Shown here piece after piece: positions 22,866 through 31,523 of a DNA stretch of 64,000 nucleotides (the first letter of the stretch is position 1; each line of letters begins with the position of its first letter). The position numbers and the translations under genes are program-made. Under the pieces are notes generated by a model. The model worked only from the letters and a program-made list of their open reading frames with translations. It made no database searches and had not been told where the DNA came from. The DNA comes from Synechococcus sp. (GTDB taxonomy: Bacteria > Cyanobacteriota > Cyanobacteriia > PCC-6307 > Cyanobiaceae): positions 1,432,203-1,496,202 of the forward strand of contig JBJBEO010000001.1 of assembly GCA_047284725.1 (NCBI GenBank), in the 5' to 3' direction.

Positions 22866-23048
22866 ATGGTGATCAAAAAAGTTACCATCGCAGATCTCGA
22901 GAACATCAGTGGTGGTGATTGCAAGGGCATAACCAGAAAAGTTTGCCGGGGCGAGAAAAAAGCCACCAAACAAATTGTCAAAGAATATGCAGAAAAACTG
23001 AAGGCGAAAAATGCGCGCCTCGAAAGCGGTGAAATCGAAGGACTCTAA
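22866..23048 (+). CDS. Double-glycine-leader peptide (candidate RiPP/bacteriocin precursor)
   Basis: Leader MVIKKVTIADLENISGG fits the consensus V(-12), L(-7), I(-4), GG. The 43-aa core has 2 Cys and 9 Lys. Lies near a C39 peptidase ABC exporter. Confidence 0.75.
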   Translation: MVIKKVTIADLENISGGDCKGITRKVCRGEKKATKQIVKEYAEKLKAKNARLESGEIEGL

Positions 23049-23093
23049 GTTCTCATATATTCATTCGATTCACCTCTGACATACTGAGCTTGC

Positions 23094-23140
23094 AAATGCT
23101 CTCAAGACGGCAACTACTGCCAATCTTGAGAGCATTTTAT
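23094..23140 (+). terminator. Hairpin / probable intrinsic terminator after the precursor
   Basis: Perfect 14-bp inverted repeat AAATGCTCTCAAGA / TCTTGAGAGCATTT with an inner GGCA/TGCC pair and T-rich tail. Confidence 0.6.
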
Positions 23141-23326
23141 TGATTGAGACAAAACAGCCCCTAGCAAGGCTTGGGATCAGAAGGAAGCTGGAAAGTAAAT
23201 CCTGAAAAGCATCCTTCCAAATTAGATAGATTTTCGATGTCAGCTGTACAGTCAAAGCTAAAGAGCCTCAAGTATTTTTTTTGGCGACAAAGACAGGATT
23301 TTGCATCAAATAAATAGCCAGACAAG

Positions 23327-23461
23327 ATGGGCATCATTAAAGTCACCATCGACGTTCTCGAGGACATCAGCAAGGGAACACAGATGTGACTATCAAGAAA
23401 GGTTTGCAGAATCAAAACAACTCGAGAAGAGAAAAAACTGAACCCGCCCGGAGTTAACTAA
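23327..23461 (+). pseudogene. Degenerate paralog of the GG-leader precursor
   Basis: Manual translation MGIIKVTIDVLEDISKGTQM*LSRKVCRIKTTREEKKLNPPGVN* is colinear with MVIKKVTIADLENISGGDCKGITRKVCR. In-frame TGA at 23387-23389. Confidence 0.7.
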
Positions 23462-23575
23462 CAAGAAATCCAGCGTCGAACATGATTCTGGAGGTCTCTA
23501 GATCTCCGGACCAAAAGCTTCTTACAACGAATGCATCAAAGGTGACCTTACTTCCAATACTCCAGCACGAGGCAC

Positions 23576-24787
23576 CTACGCAAGCATAAAAAGATCGCGA
23601 GGCTCCAATGGAGACAGCGGGAGAGGCTCGATCTCTCTGAACAAGTACGTGCATATATCTGCCCGCTGTTTAGCGAATAATTCGTCCCGTAAATCGCGAA
23701 CTTCAACAGGAACCAGATCCAATGAATACCGGCAAAGGAACTGCCGATACCAATGGAGAAATGACTCACTGTCTTCGGGAGCGAATGATGTCGGGTCCCA
23801 TCGGCGTTCCCTGCAGACCCGATTGAAATTCAAGAAACGGAAGTCATGTGGCTTACGCACAGATGAATGCCATACACGCTGTGGATCCAACGGTTGACGA
23901 TCTTCAGGATCTTCATCTAGCTGGACAACAGCCCAAAGGCGAGCACCGATCTCTCGTATCAGGTGGCGTTGCCATCCTTGATTCAGCCGAACAGGCGCTT
24001 GAAGACCCTTCCGTGGTTGCGGCACTGACTCGTCAGAGAGGAAGGTCATCCATTCACGCGTGTACTTGCGCTGCTGCTCGCCGTATTCAAGCTCGTGCCT
24101 GAGCCACTTGATCAAGAGAGGGCTACGGCTCATATCGTCCCTATCGAAACCTGCAAAGACTCCGGTGCAGTAGAAGCTGGCCAAGTCTTCGAAGAATTCG
24201 GGGCGTTGGACGGTAAAGCCTGGACAGAAGCGCTGGTACTCAGGCTCATGAGCCACGTCATACGAAATCGTCAGACTGTCGAAATCAGTCCCAATCCCCA
24301 ACTCCCTGTTAAGGTCCAGTCTGGCTAGGAACCAATAATCGAGCCCCACCGTCGCGACGGCTTCGGTGAGGAGGTGACAGAAAACGAAGGTCTCATAGTT
24401 ATCACTCGTTACGGGGCTGACACCAAAGCCCAATTCTGGAGCCAGGCCAGAAATCCACTGATAACCCAGAATATGAAGGTAGTCGTGAGCTAGGAAGGTG
24501 GCTTCCGGAAGGAGTTTGTCTTCTGGGTTGTACTCCCGGGTGTCGGAACCGGGATTGTCCAACCAACGATCCACAAAGGAGTTGGCCCTGTAGAAAACGC
24601 ATCCGCTCGCCGGGTTAAAACCAGCAAGCGACACTCTCACATGGTTTTGATAATTCCAACGAGCGTCAACCCCTCGACGTACGTAGCGAATTGACGGGTC
24701 AGCTAACGCACGGCGCAGCAGAGGGAGGCGCAGAAGAGAGCTTGCATGCGGATCTGCCGGTAGCACTGGACGATATCGATGCGGCAT
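23576..24787 (-). CDS. Uncharacterised protein with HDxxH...HxxxE putative metal-binding motifs (candidate RiPP maturase)
   Basis: About 400-aa ORF immediately downstream of the PCAT; motifs AHDYLH, CHLLTEA and LRHELE. Family not recognised. Confidence 0.75.
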   Translation of the reverse strand: MPHRYRPVLPADPHASSLLRLPLLRRALADPSIRYVRRGVDARWNYQNHVRVSLAGFNPASGCVFYRANSFVDRWLDNPGSDTREYNPEDKLLPEATFLAHDYLHILGYQWISGLAPELGFGVSPVTSDNYETFVFCHLLTEAVATVGLDYWFLARLDLNRELGIGTDFDSLTISYDVAHEPEYQRFCPGFTVQRPEFFEDLASFYCTGVFAGFDRDDMSRSPLLIKWLRHELEYGEQQRKYTREWMTFLSDESVPQPRKGLQAPVRLNQGWQRHLIREIGARLWAVVQLDEDPEDRQPLDPQRVWHSSVRKPHDFRFLNFNRVCRERRWDPTSFAPEDSESFLHWYRQFLCRYSLDLVPVEVRDLRDELFAKQRADICTYLFREIEPLPLSPLEPRDLFMLA

Positions 24788-24795
24788 GGTGGAAC

Positions 24796-27009
24796 TCAAA
24801 GAGATTCGAACAGGGTCAAGGCGTCGGTTTCTTGCTGAGGGCGACTTGACCCTTCACCCAGCGTCAGGTCATGAGCGATCTGCCCATCTTTGAGGACAAC
24901 GATTCGATCGGCAACCCTCAGGATGGAGGGCCGATGAGTAATGAAAGCGATCGTGCGACCTTCGCGGCGGAGGTTCAACTCGGTGAGGACCGCCGCCTCT
25001 GCGGTGGCATCCAGGTACGACGTCACCTCGTCAAGAATCATCACGCTGGCATCTCGGTAGAACAACCGCGCCAACGCCAAGCGCTGCTTCTGACCGCTCG
25101 ATAGCCCTAAACCCGACTCTGGGATACGCGCGTGGATGCCACGTGGAAGCTGTTTGACAAAGTCAAGAATCTGGGCCGATCGACATGCCTCAAGCGCCCG
25201 ATCGGGGTTTGGAGGCCTGCCGCTTCCATAGGCCACATTGTCCAAAAGAGTTCCTTGAAACAAGGGATGCTCTGACAGTGCCAGGCCTGTTGTACGGCGC
25301 AGGTGCTTCCTCTTGATGCAGCGAATATCACGGCCGCCGATGGTCACGCGCCCCGATTGAGGAGACAGTAGACCTTGTATCAGATGTGCAATCGTGGTTT
25401 TCCCCGAGCCACTCCGACCCACGATGGCTGTAATTTCACCCTGACGGAGAACGAGGTTCAGGTCATCCACCACAGGCGGGGCTGTCGGGGAGAAGCGGTA
25501 ACGGACAGCCTCGAAAGCGATGTCTCCCTCAACAGGGCCTGCGTAGTCACCCCCTTCGTCCTCCGCCGACCGGTTAAGAGCGTCCTCAACACGGTCCAGC
25601 GAAAGTCGGGCCTCCTGGAGATCCACTCCTTTTTCGGCCAGCTCGGAAACCGGATTCAGGAATTGAGCGACGAGCAGACTCCCCGCCACCATGTCACCGA
25701 CGGTGAGATCCCCGGTCACCACATAGTGAGCGCCATAAAGGAGAGTCCCGATCGAAACGAGGGACTCGAAGGCATTCGTCAACGTGCGGGCGGGCAGGGT
25801 TTGCCGTTGGCCGTCCCGAACCGACACCAGGAAGTCATCCAATCGCCCCAGATAAGCTGCACGCGCATCGTCCTCGGCCCCGAGCGCCTTGATTGTGCGA
25901 ATCCCGGCCACCTGCTCAAGCAGGATCGTCTCCAACCGAGCCGACCGCTGAAGTTGGACCGCTTTGACTCGGCGTACGACAGGCCCCAAACACACTGGAA
26001 TCAGTGCGTAGAGCGGAGCAATCATCAAAGCTACAGGCAAGAGAGGTTCGGCAACCACCCAAAGCAGAACCAAGTACACAGCGAGGTTCCCAAACTCGAG
26101 AATGGTCTGCAGCACCTGGCCCGTCAAAAAATCCCGAACCGCTGAAACCTCGTCCAACGCTCCGGTCACATCCCCAGGCGTCTGAAGCTGAAACTCGGAA
26201 AGCGGGAGCGAAAAAAAGCGCTTGTAAAGATCCTCGCTTAGGTGGCGATCGATCCGATAGGAGACCTTATCCAGCAGCCATTGACGCCAAAACCGGGAGA
26301 CGTTCGAAAAAAACGACACCGCGAGATAGCCAACGGCAACCCATCCGAGCAGCATGCCATCGCGCCGCGGCATGACTTCATCAAACAGGAGTCGACTCAA
26401 CCAGGGGCCGACCGCACCCAACGCCAGCAGCGCCGCGGAACAGAAAAACGCCGCTAAGAGAATTCGCCGATGTCGACGCAACAGCCTCAGGTATCGCCTC
26501 ACATTCGGGCGAACCTCCGGCCACTCCCAGAACTGGTGATGGGGCACCATCAACAAGCAGATGCCAGACGTCCGCTCGTTGAGTTGGGCGACCGGGACCG
26601 AAAGAGGTCCGATCGCCGGATCAAGGATGGCTGCGTTATTTCCTCGGATCCCGTAGATCACCACAAAATGATGATCCATACCGACAATGACCGGCAGGGG
26701 TACAGATGACAGGTCAGTACTGAAGTCAAGCGAGAGCCCGAGAGACTCGAAACCGAGCTCCTGGGCTCCCAACTGAATGTCGCGAAGCGACGCACCTTCT
26801 CGACCGTCTCGCACGACCTTTCGACAACGCGCCAAGCCTGCTCGGCGGCCGTAGATCTGAATCACGGTTTCGAGGCAGGCAGCCGCGCAGTCCATTTCAT
26901 GGTGTTGAGGGACGAAACGCGCACGTCGTCGGGGGACTTTCGCAGCTAGCTCGCGGAGTTGCTGAAGTTCAGCAATCACGTCGTCGGCAACGGTCACGAG
27001 CGGTGACAA
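24796..27009 (-). CDS. Peptidase-containing ABC transporter (C39 + TMD + NBD; LanT/SunT-like)
   Basis: QHHEMDCAAAC (catalytic Cys), HFVVI, ILDPA, TM domain, Walker A GRSGSGKT, LSSGQ and MILDE. Confidence 0.93.
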   Translation of the reverse strand: MSPLVTVADDVIAELQQLRELAAKVPRRRARFVPQHHEMDCAAACLETVIQIYGRRAGLARCRKVVRDGREGASLRDIQLGAQELGFESLGLSLDFSTDLSSVPLPVIVGMDHHFVVIYGIRGNNAAILDPAIGPLSVPVAQLNERTSGICLLMVPHHQFWEWPEVRPNVRRYLRLLRRHRRILLAAFFCSAALLALGAVGPWLSRLLFDEVMPRRDGMLLGWVAVGYLAVSFFSNVSRFWRQWLLDKVSYRIDRHLSEDLYKRFFSLPLSEFQLQTPGDVTGALDEVSAVRDFLTGQVLQTILEFGNLAVYLVLLWVVAEPLLPVALMIAPLYALIPVCLGPVVRRVKAVQLQRSARLETILLEQVAGIRTIKALGAEDDARAAYLGRLDDFLVSVRDGQRQTLPARTLTNAFESLVSIGTLLYGAHYVVTGDLTVGDMVAGSLLVAQFLNPVSELAEKGVDLQEARLSLDRVEDALNRSAEDEGGDYAGPVEGDIAFEAVRYRFSPTAPPVVDDLNLVLRQGEITAIVGRSGSGKTTIAHLIQGLLSPQSGRVTIGGRDIRCIKRKHLRRTTGLALSEHPLFQGTLLDNVAYGSGRPPNPDRALEACRSAQILDFVKQLPRGIHARIPESGLGLSSGQKQRLALARLFYRDASVMILDEVTSYLDATAEAAVLTELNLRREGRTIAFITHRPSILRVADRIVVLKDGQIAHDLTLGEGSSRPQQETDALTLFESL

Positions 27010-27093
27010 TGAACTTGGTTGATCTCTGCATTATTCGATCTATTGCGCAGTCCAGTTACACCTAAATGCAAATTTAAAAAACTTGTATCGCCC

Positions 27094-27696
27094 ATGGCAT
27101 TGGATCGCCCCCTCGAACCGCCCGCAGTCGACACGCTCACTCACCCCCCGAGCCTTCAATCACTGACAATTGCTGATCGCAGTGTGTGGGTGCTCGACCA
27201 GGCTGTACCTCGAAACATTGTCGAAACCCTTTACGCCGACCTGTCGACACGCACGTTTACGTTCACCAATCAGGACAGCGAGGCCACCGAGTTCGCCAAC
27301 CACCTCATCCATCAGGGAGAGCTAGCCGATGAGAATCCCAACACGATCGGAAGAGTCGTCGAAGCCGCTCAAGCATTGATCCACAAACTGGGCCATCCGA
27401 CATTTCCACTCGAGCGGGTGTACGTCACGACAGCGCTCTTCGGCGACTATCAGCACGTCCACCGCGACGGTGATGTCTGGACGGCGCTCTACTTCGTCAA
27501 CCCGGTTTGGCATACCGATTGGGGCGGGGAACTGCTCCTGTATCACGACGACAATGCCAGTATCTCCACAGCGGTGGCACCTCGCTTCGGCCGACTTGTG
27601 ATCTTCGATGGGATGCTGAACCACCGCGCGGGTGTCCCAAGCAAATACTGCCCAATCGCACGCTTGGCACTGGTCATCAAGTTTCTGCGAAGCTGA
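27094..27696 (+). CDS. 2OG-Fe(II) oxygenase (prolyl-hydroxylase-like) 1
   Basis: HRDGD (HxD), WGGEL, PRFGRLVIFDG, distal His (NHRAG) and Arg (ARLAL). Confidence 0.88.
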   Translation: MALDRPLEPPAVDTLTHPPSLQSLTIADRSVWVLDQAVPRNIVETLYADLSTRTFTFTNQDSEATEFANHLIHQGELADENPNTIGRVVEAAQALIHKLGHPTFPLERVYVTTALFGDYQHVHRDGDVWTALYFVNPVWHTDWGGELLLYHDDNASISTAVAPRFGRLVIFDGMLNHRAGVPSKYCPIARLALVIKFLRS

Positions 27697-27903
27697 AAAA
27701 GGAGTCCAAGTGGATTCCGGGCTGACCCCGATGAAGCAGTCGGATGGGTCGACCTGGCACTTGCATCTTGGAGGTGCCGGATCGAGGTGGATGGCGGGGA
27801 AGCTGGGGGGACCCTTTCAATCGTCAGAGCGCTGCGCGCCTGTTCCTGCGCTCGGTGACAGGGATCGAATCATGGCCATGCCGTTGTAGGTGTGCTAAGA
27901 ACA

Positions 27904-28560
27904 ATGAGCCATCTTCGAAGCGTTGTTGTGGACTTCGAAGCGTTGTTTCGCCCCCCCGAGCCACCAAATTTCGACGCAGAACCGGTCATTCGTCCCTTGA
28001 TGGTGGGGGACGGAAGCTATCCTGCCTGGCTCGTCGACAACCTCATTGAAGCGGCTGCAATCAAACCGCTTCATGAGTGGTTTTTGACGCTTGGCTATAG
28101 CTTTGGCGACGTTGATCGAGCTGACACGAGCTTCATGCGACATCTTGTGCACTACTTCGACGAAGAAGAGTGCGAAGGCAATACGCCAGTAGCAACCATT
28201 GTGGCTACCGCTCGTTCAGTTGTTCAATCGCTGGGTCTTAATGCAGACCAACTCGAACGTGTCTACGCCAACTTCAACCTGTTTGGAGATCAGCAGTTCT
28301 CCCACACTGATGGGGATTGCTGGACAGCACTGATGTTCGTGAATTCGAGCTGGTCAGTTGATTGGGGGGGCGAGCTTCTTCTCTACGAACAGGGACCAGG
28401 CTCGGTTGCCCTGGCCATACCGCCACGACCCGGTCGGATGGTTGTTTTTGATGGCAATCTTGAACATCGCGGCGGATCTCCAAATCGCTTTTGCCTCGAC
28501 GCCCGTATCACAGTCGCGACGAAGTTTGTTCGCCCCACGGGAAGCGATGCTCGGCCCTGA
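27904..28560 (+). CDS. 2OG-Fe(II) oxygenase (prolyl-hydroxylase-like) 2
   Basis: HTDGD, WGGEL, PRPGRMVVFDG, EHRGG and ARITV; clear paralog of oxygenase 1. Confidence 0.88.
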   Translation: MSHLRSVVVDFEALFRPPEPPNFDAEPVIRPLMVGDGSYPAWLVDNLIEAAAIKPLHEWFLTLGYSFGDVDRADTSFMRHLVHYFDEEECEGNTPVATIVATARSVVQSLGLNADQLERVYANFNLFGDQQFSHTDGDCWTALMFVNSSWSVDWGGELLLYEQGPGSVALAIPPRPGRMVVFDGNLEHRGGSPNRFCLDARITVATKFVRPTGSDARP

Positions 28561-29659
28561 ATCCGCCGAAAAGCAAGCGTTCGACAAACGCTTCGAAGGC
28601 TTGCTTGACGTGTCACTCGTTGACTTGGTCGTTCCCGAAAACGCACCACGCGTGTTCTCATACGAGCTCGATGATGAAGTGCTGGCCTTCCAACGCCAGG
28701 AATACCTGAATGAGCCCCTCTTTGTTCCTGAGCTTTGGGCGACATACCGCCTTCTGGTGCGTCTCTTTGAGGGCCCGCTCCGCGCGCCAGGCCCAGATCA
28801 AGCAGACCTCTGTTTCCTGCCGCTCTTTTTGCCAGTCTTTGAAGCGATTGAGTTTGACCTACGGCCAACGATCTCGTCGTTGGAGTTATTGAACGCGGGT
28901 CCTCGTCATGTAGTGGCGTCGCTCTGGGACGGCTACCCTCGCCCGCCCTCTCGTCGAGCCAACCCCTACTCAATGCAATCGCTGGGATACCTCTTGGAGC
29001 CGACTGGCGTGGATAGCACCTGGTCCTGGATTGATGAGCGGTGGCGAGTGCTGACCCTGTGTGGAAGCATCGACGTGGACCCAGACGACGTCAACGTATT
29101 CCCGCTGGTCTTTCCCAACGACAGATCGCCAGGTGAGCGCCCTCTGCTGTATTCCTTCTGCGGCACCACCACCTATGACTCGGTCCCAACCGATCACATC
29201 CGCGGGCATGGCCGTGCATCAGCTTGGGAACACCTCATCTCGTCAAACCATCGAGACGTGTTCATCGGATCGCCATCGGACGCCCAAACGCGGTTCGGCC
29301 TAGCAACTCCGCTCAGGACGTTGCCGACAATGAGCCGATTCACCCTTTGCCCGGCAGGTTGGTCGCGCTGGTCATTCCGCATTTTTGAAGCACTAGAAGC
29401 CGGGTCGATCCCTGTCATCCTGAGCGATTACTCAGTGATGCCCTTCGCTGACCAGCTCGACTGGGACGCCTTCTCTCTGTATCTGCCCGAGGACGCGTTG
29501 GAAGATATCGACGATGTAATCCGCTCACTAACTCCGCAACGGGTCGCAGGTCTGGCGGCTTCAGCGCAGCACGTACGCAGACATTTGGGTCCAACTGGCC
29601 TGGCAAGCATGGTCACAACGGCACTGACCGACGTCTCGGAGGACCGGGCGCATGGGTGA
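28547..29659 (+). CDS. Exostosin-family (GT47) glycosyltransferase 1
   Basis: ADLCFLP, RPLLYSFCG and SRFTLCPAGW..WSFRIFEALEAGSIPVILSD..MPF; overlaps the oxygenase 2 stop. Confidence 0.85.
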   Translation: MLGPESAEKQAFDKRFEGLLDVSLVDLVVPENAPRVFSYELDDEVLAFQRQEYLNEPLFVPELWATYRLLVRLFEGPLRAPGPDQADLCFLPLFLPVFEAIEFDLRPTISSLELLNAGPRHVVASLWDGYPRPPSRRANPYSMQSLGYLLEPTGVDSTWSWIDERWRVLTLCGSIDVDPDDVNVFPLVFPNDRSPGERPLLYSFCGTTTYDSVPTDHIRGHGRASAWEHLISSNHRDVFIGSPSDAQTRFGLATPLRTLPTMSRFTLCPAGWSRWSFRIFEALEAGSIPVILSDYSVMPFADQLDWDAFSLYLPEDALEDIDDVIRSLTPQRVAGLAASAQHVRRHLGPTGLASMVTTALTDVSEDRAHG

Positions 29660-30794
29660 ACTCCACGATCCTGTCGAAAAGCAACGACGCGTGGCGTCCA
29701 TCAAGGCCGACATCGAAGAAGCCCTGGACGGTTTTATCCCGCCTCCGGAGGCCCCAAGGATCTGCACCTACCCCCTGGACGAAAGCATCACCGAGTTCGA
29801 GTTGGACGTCTTTCACCACGTCCCCACGATGCTGCCGGAGGAGCGTGGGACCTTCCTACTGGTTGAGCATGTTCTGCAGCGAATACTCGGGACCGAATCA
29901 CCAAACGAAGCAGATGCCTTCTTCGTTCCCCTGTACTTCCCGGTGCATGAAACCGAAGAGATCAACATCGAAGCCGCCATGTCGGGGCTTGAGTACATCA
30001 ACAGCGGCAAGAAGCATATTCTGTGCTCCCCCTGGGACACCTACCCTCGCCCGATCATGCGGCGCGCCAATCGGTACTGCGTCATCGCCGGCCAGCGCTA
30101 TGGCCACCTGGAGTGGCTTGAGAACCAGCGATGGCTAGATGACCGCTTCATGCTCTTCACCACAGAATCCACAGTCGACCTGCACCCGAACGACATCGGG
30201 ATTCTCCCTTCGATCCTTGCTGGCCCTGAAGGGCCTCCTGCGAGCGAGCGACCGCTTCTCTACTCGTTCTGCGGCGTCCTCTGCTACGACACCATGGCGC
30301 CGAACCACGTGCGCGGAGAGGCGAACCTTCCCCATTGGCAGTCGATGCGTGCGTCGCAAACTCCCGACGTTTTCGTGGGAACTCTGAACGATGCGCGGGC
30401 GCGGTTCGGAAACGCCACAACATTCAGAGATCTACCAGCCATGAGTCGCTTCACGCTCTGCCCCGCAGGGTGGGCGCGCTGGTCTTTTCGGCTGATGGAA
30501 GCGGTGAGTGCGGGTTCAATCCCGGTGCTTCTATCTGACTATTACGTGCGTCCGTTCTCACCATGGGTGGCCTGGGATCGATTCTCTCTGCGCCTGCCCG
30601 AGCGGGCTTTGAGCCAAATTGACCCAATACTCCGATCACTGCCACAACGCAGGATGGAAGGCCTCTCACGAACATGCGGAGCTGGCGCCGCGAGACTGGA
30701 CTATCGCTCTATGGCTCAGTGGATCATCGCTGCACTGATGAAACGTCTGGTCATGCATCCATCCCATCCGTATTCCCCTGCAGAAAAACACTAA
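29652..30794 (+). CDS. Exostosin-family (GT47) glycosyltransferase 2
   Basis: ADAFFVPLY, RPLLYSFCG and SRFTLCPAGWARWSFRLMEAVSAGSIPVLLSD; paralog overlapping GT47-1. Confidence 0.85.
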   Translation: MGELHDPVEKQRRVASIKADIEEALDGFIPPPEAPRICTYPLDESITEFELDVFHHVPTMLPEERGTFLLVEHVLQRILGTESPNEADAFFVPLYFPVHETEEINIEAAMSGLEYINSGKKHILCSPWDTYPRPIMRRANRYCVIAGQRYGHLEWLENQRWLDDRFMLFTTESTVDLHPNDIGILPSILAGPEGPPASERPLLYSFCGVLCYDTMAPNHVRGEANLPHWQSMRASQTPDVFVGTLNDARARFGNATTFRDLPAMSRFTLCPAGWARWSFRLMEAVSAGSIPVLLSDYYVRPFSPWVAWDRFSLRLPERALSQIDPILRSLPQRRMEGLSRTCGAGAARLDYRSMAQWIIAALMKRLVMHPSHPYSPAEKH

Positions 30795-31175
30795 ACCGAC
30801 TGAGCAGGGGGCATGAAACTGTGTCGATCCACCTTCCCCTTCCGATCCTTGGGCGACAACCTCTTTGAACGAGACATCACCCTCTGTGGTGGTGACAGCA
30901 ACTACGACGATCTCGTGATGGGATCCAGTTTCACACTCCCGAGGCATCTGAAATGTGAACCCTGAAGCGACAGAACGGATCATTTAGCTGGATTCGCTCA
31001 GGTCCTGATCACAGCACCCCAGATCAAGCTGGTGCTCTTGAACTGGAGCCTCAAACCGCCTGCTGATAGCACAATTCAGAGCAAGCCCGTGGTAGACGCT
31101 TCAACTCGCTTGTACCAATGTTCATGTACAACTCAAGGACAAGACCTTCAGACCTGTTGGCGCAACTAATAGCTA

Positions 31176-31304
31176 AGTGGCAGCAGCGGCCAGAAACCCC
31201 AGTACTGGTCGGCACGACTATTCATTGCCAAACCTCTCGCGCACCCTGGATTCCACAACTCAAGCCCCATGATCACAGGTCTTGATCACCGGTCGAGCAG
31301 CCGC
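31176..31304. repeat. Direct repeat copy 2: displaced DUF4336 5' end (MNSRADQYWGFWPLLPL, then break)
   Basis: Matches 22256-22384; homology stops inside the Leu codon preceding YPYG. Confidence 0.93.
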
Positions 31305-31488
31305 CGGCACGGGATCTCCTTACAGCTTGCTCCTGGAGCAAGACATTGATGCCTTCTGGCTGCTCAAGATCCACAGAGGCAACTTTGGTGTTCTGAACCT
31401 ACAGCCCGTCTTTCCAATGCTCTTGGTTGGGCTCACCGTCATCGTGACAGTGCTAGATCAAGCAATGATCTTACAACGATCGCGATGA
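31303..31488 (+). pseudogene. 5'-truncated fragment of a PepSY-TM-like membrane protein
   Basis: AGTGSPYSLLLEQDIDAFWLLKIHRGNFGVLNLQPVFPMLL closely matches the intact gene at 50341-50610 but lacks its N-terminus. Confidence 0.8.
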
Positions 31489-31523
31489 CAACTTATTCCC
31501 TGGAGCGGTCCCTCTGAAGCCGC

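Larger units (their letters stand above)
22256..31175. mobile_element. 8.9-kb inserted module carrying the RiPP-like cluster, bounded by direct repeats
   Basis: Flanked by the 129-bp repeats; foreign gene content; no integrase inside. Confidence 0.7.

Noticed and set aside
23095..23205. Frame reading ALKTATTANLESIL, resembling a third precursor leader
   Set aside because: No in-frame start and no GG; it coincides with the terminator hairpin, which explains the sequence adequately.
23387..23389. In-frame TGA in the second precursor as selenocysteine
   Set aside because: It aligns to Gly rather than Cys, no SECIS-like hairpin is evident, and the GG site is also mutated.
30666..30983. 105-aa minus-strand ORF at the right end of the RiPP module
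   Set aside because: Overlaps GT47-2 and has no recognisable motif or leader; cannot be supported.
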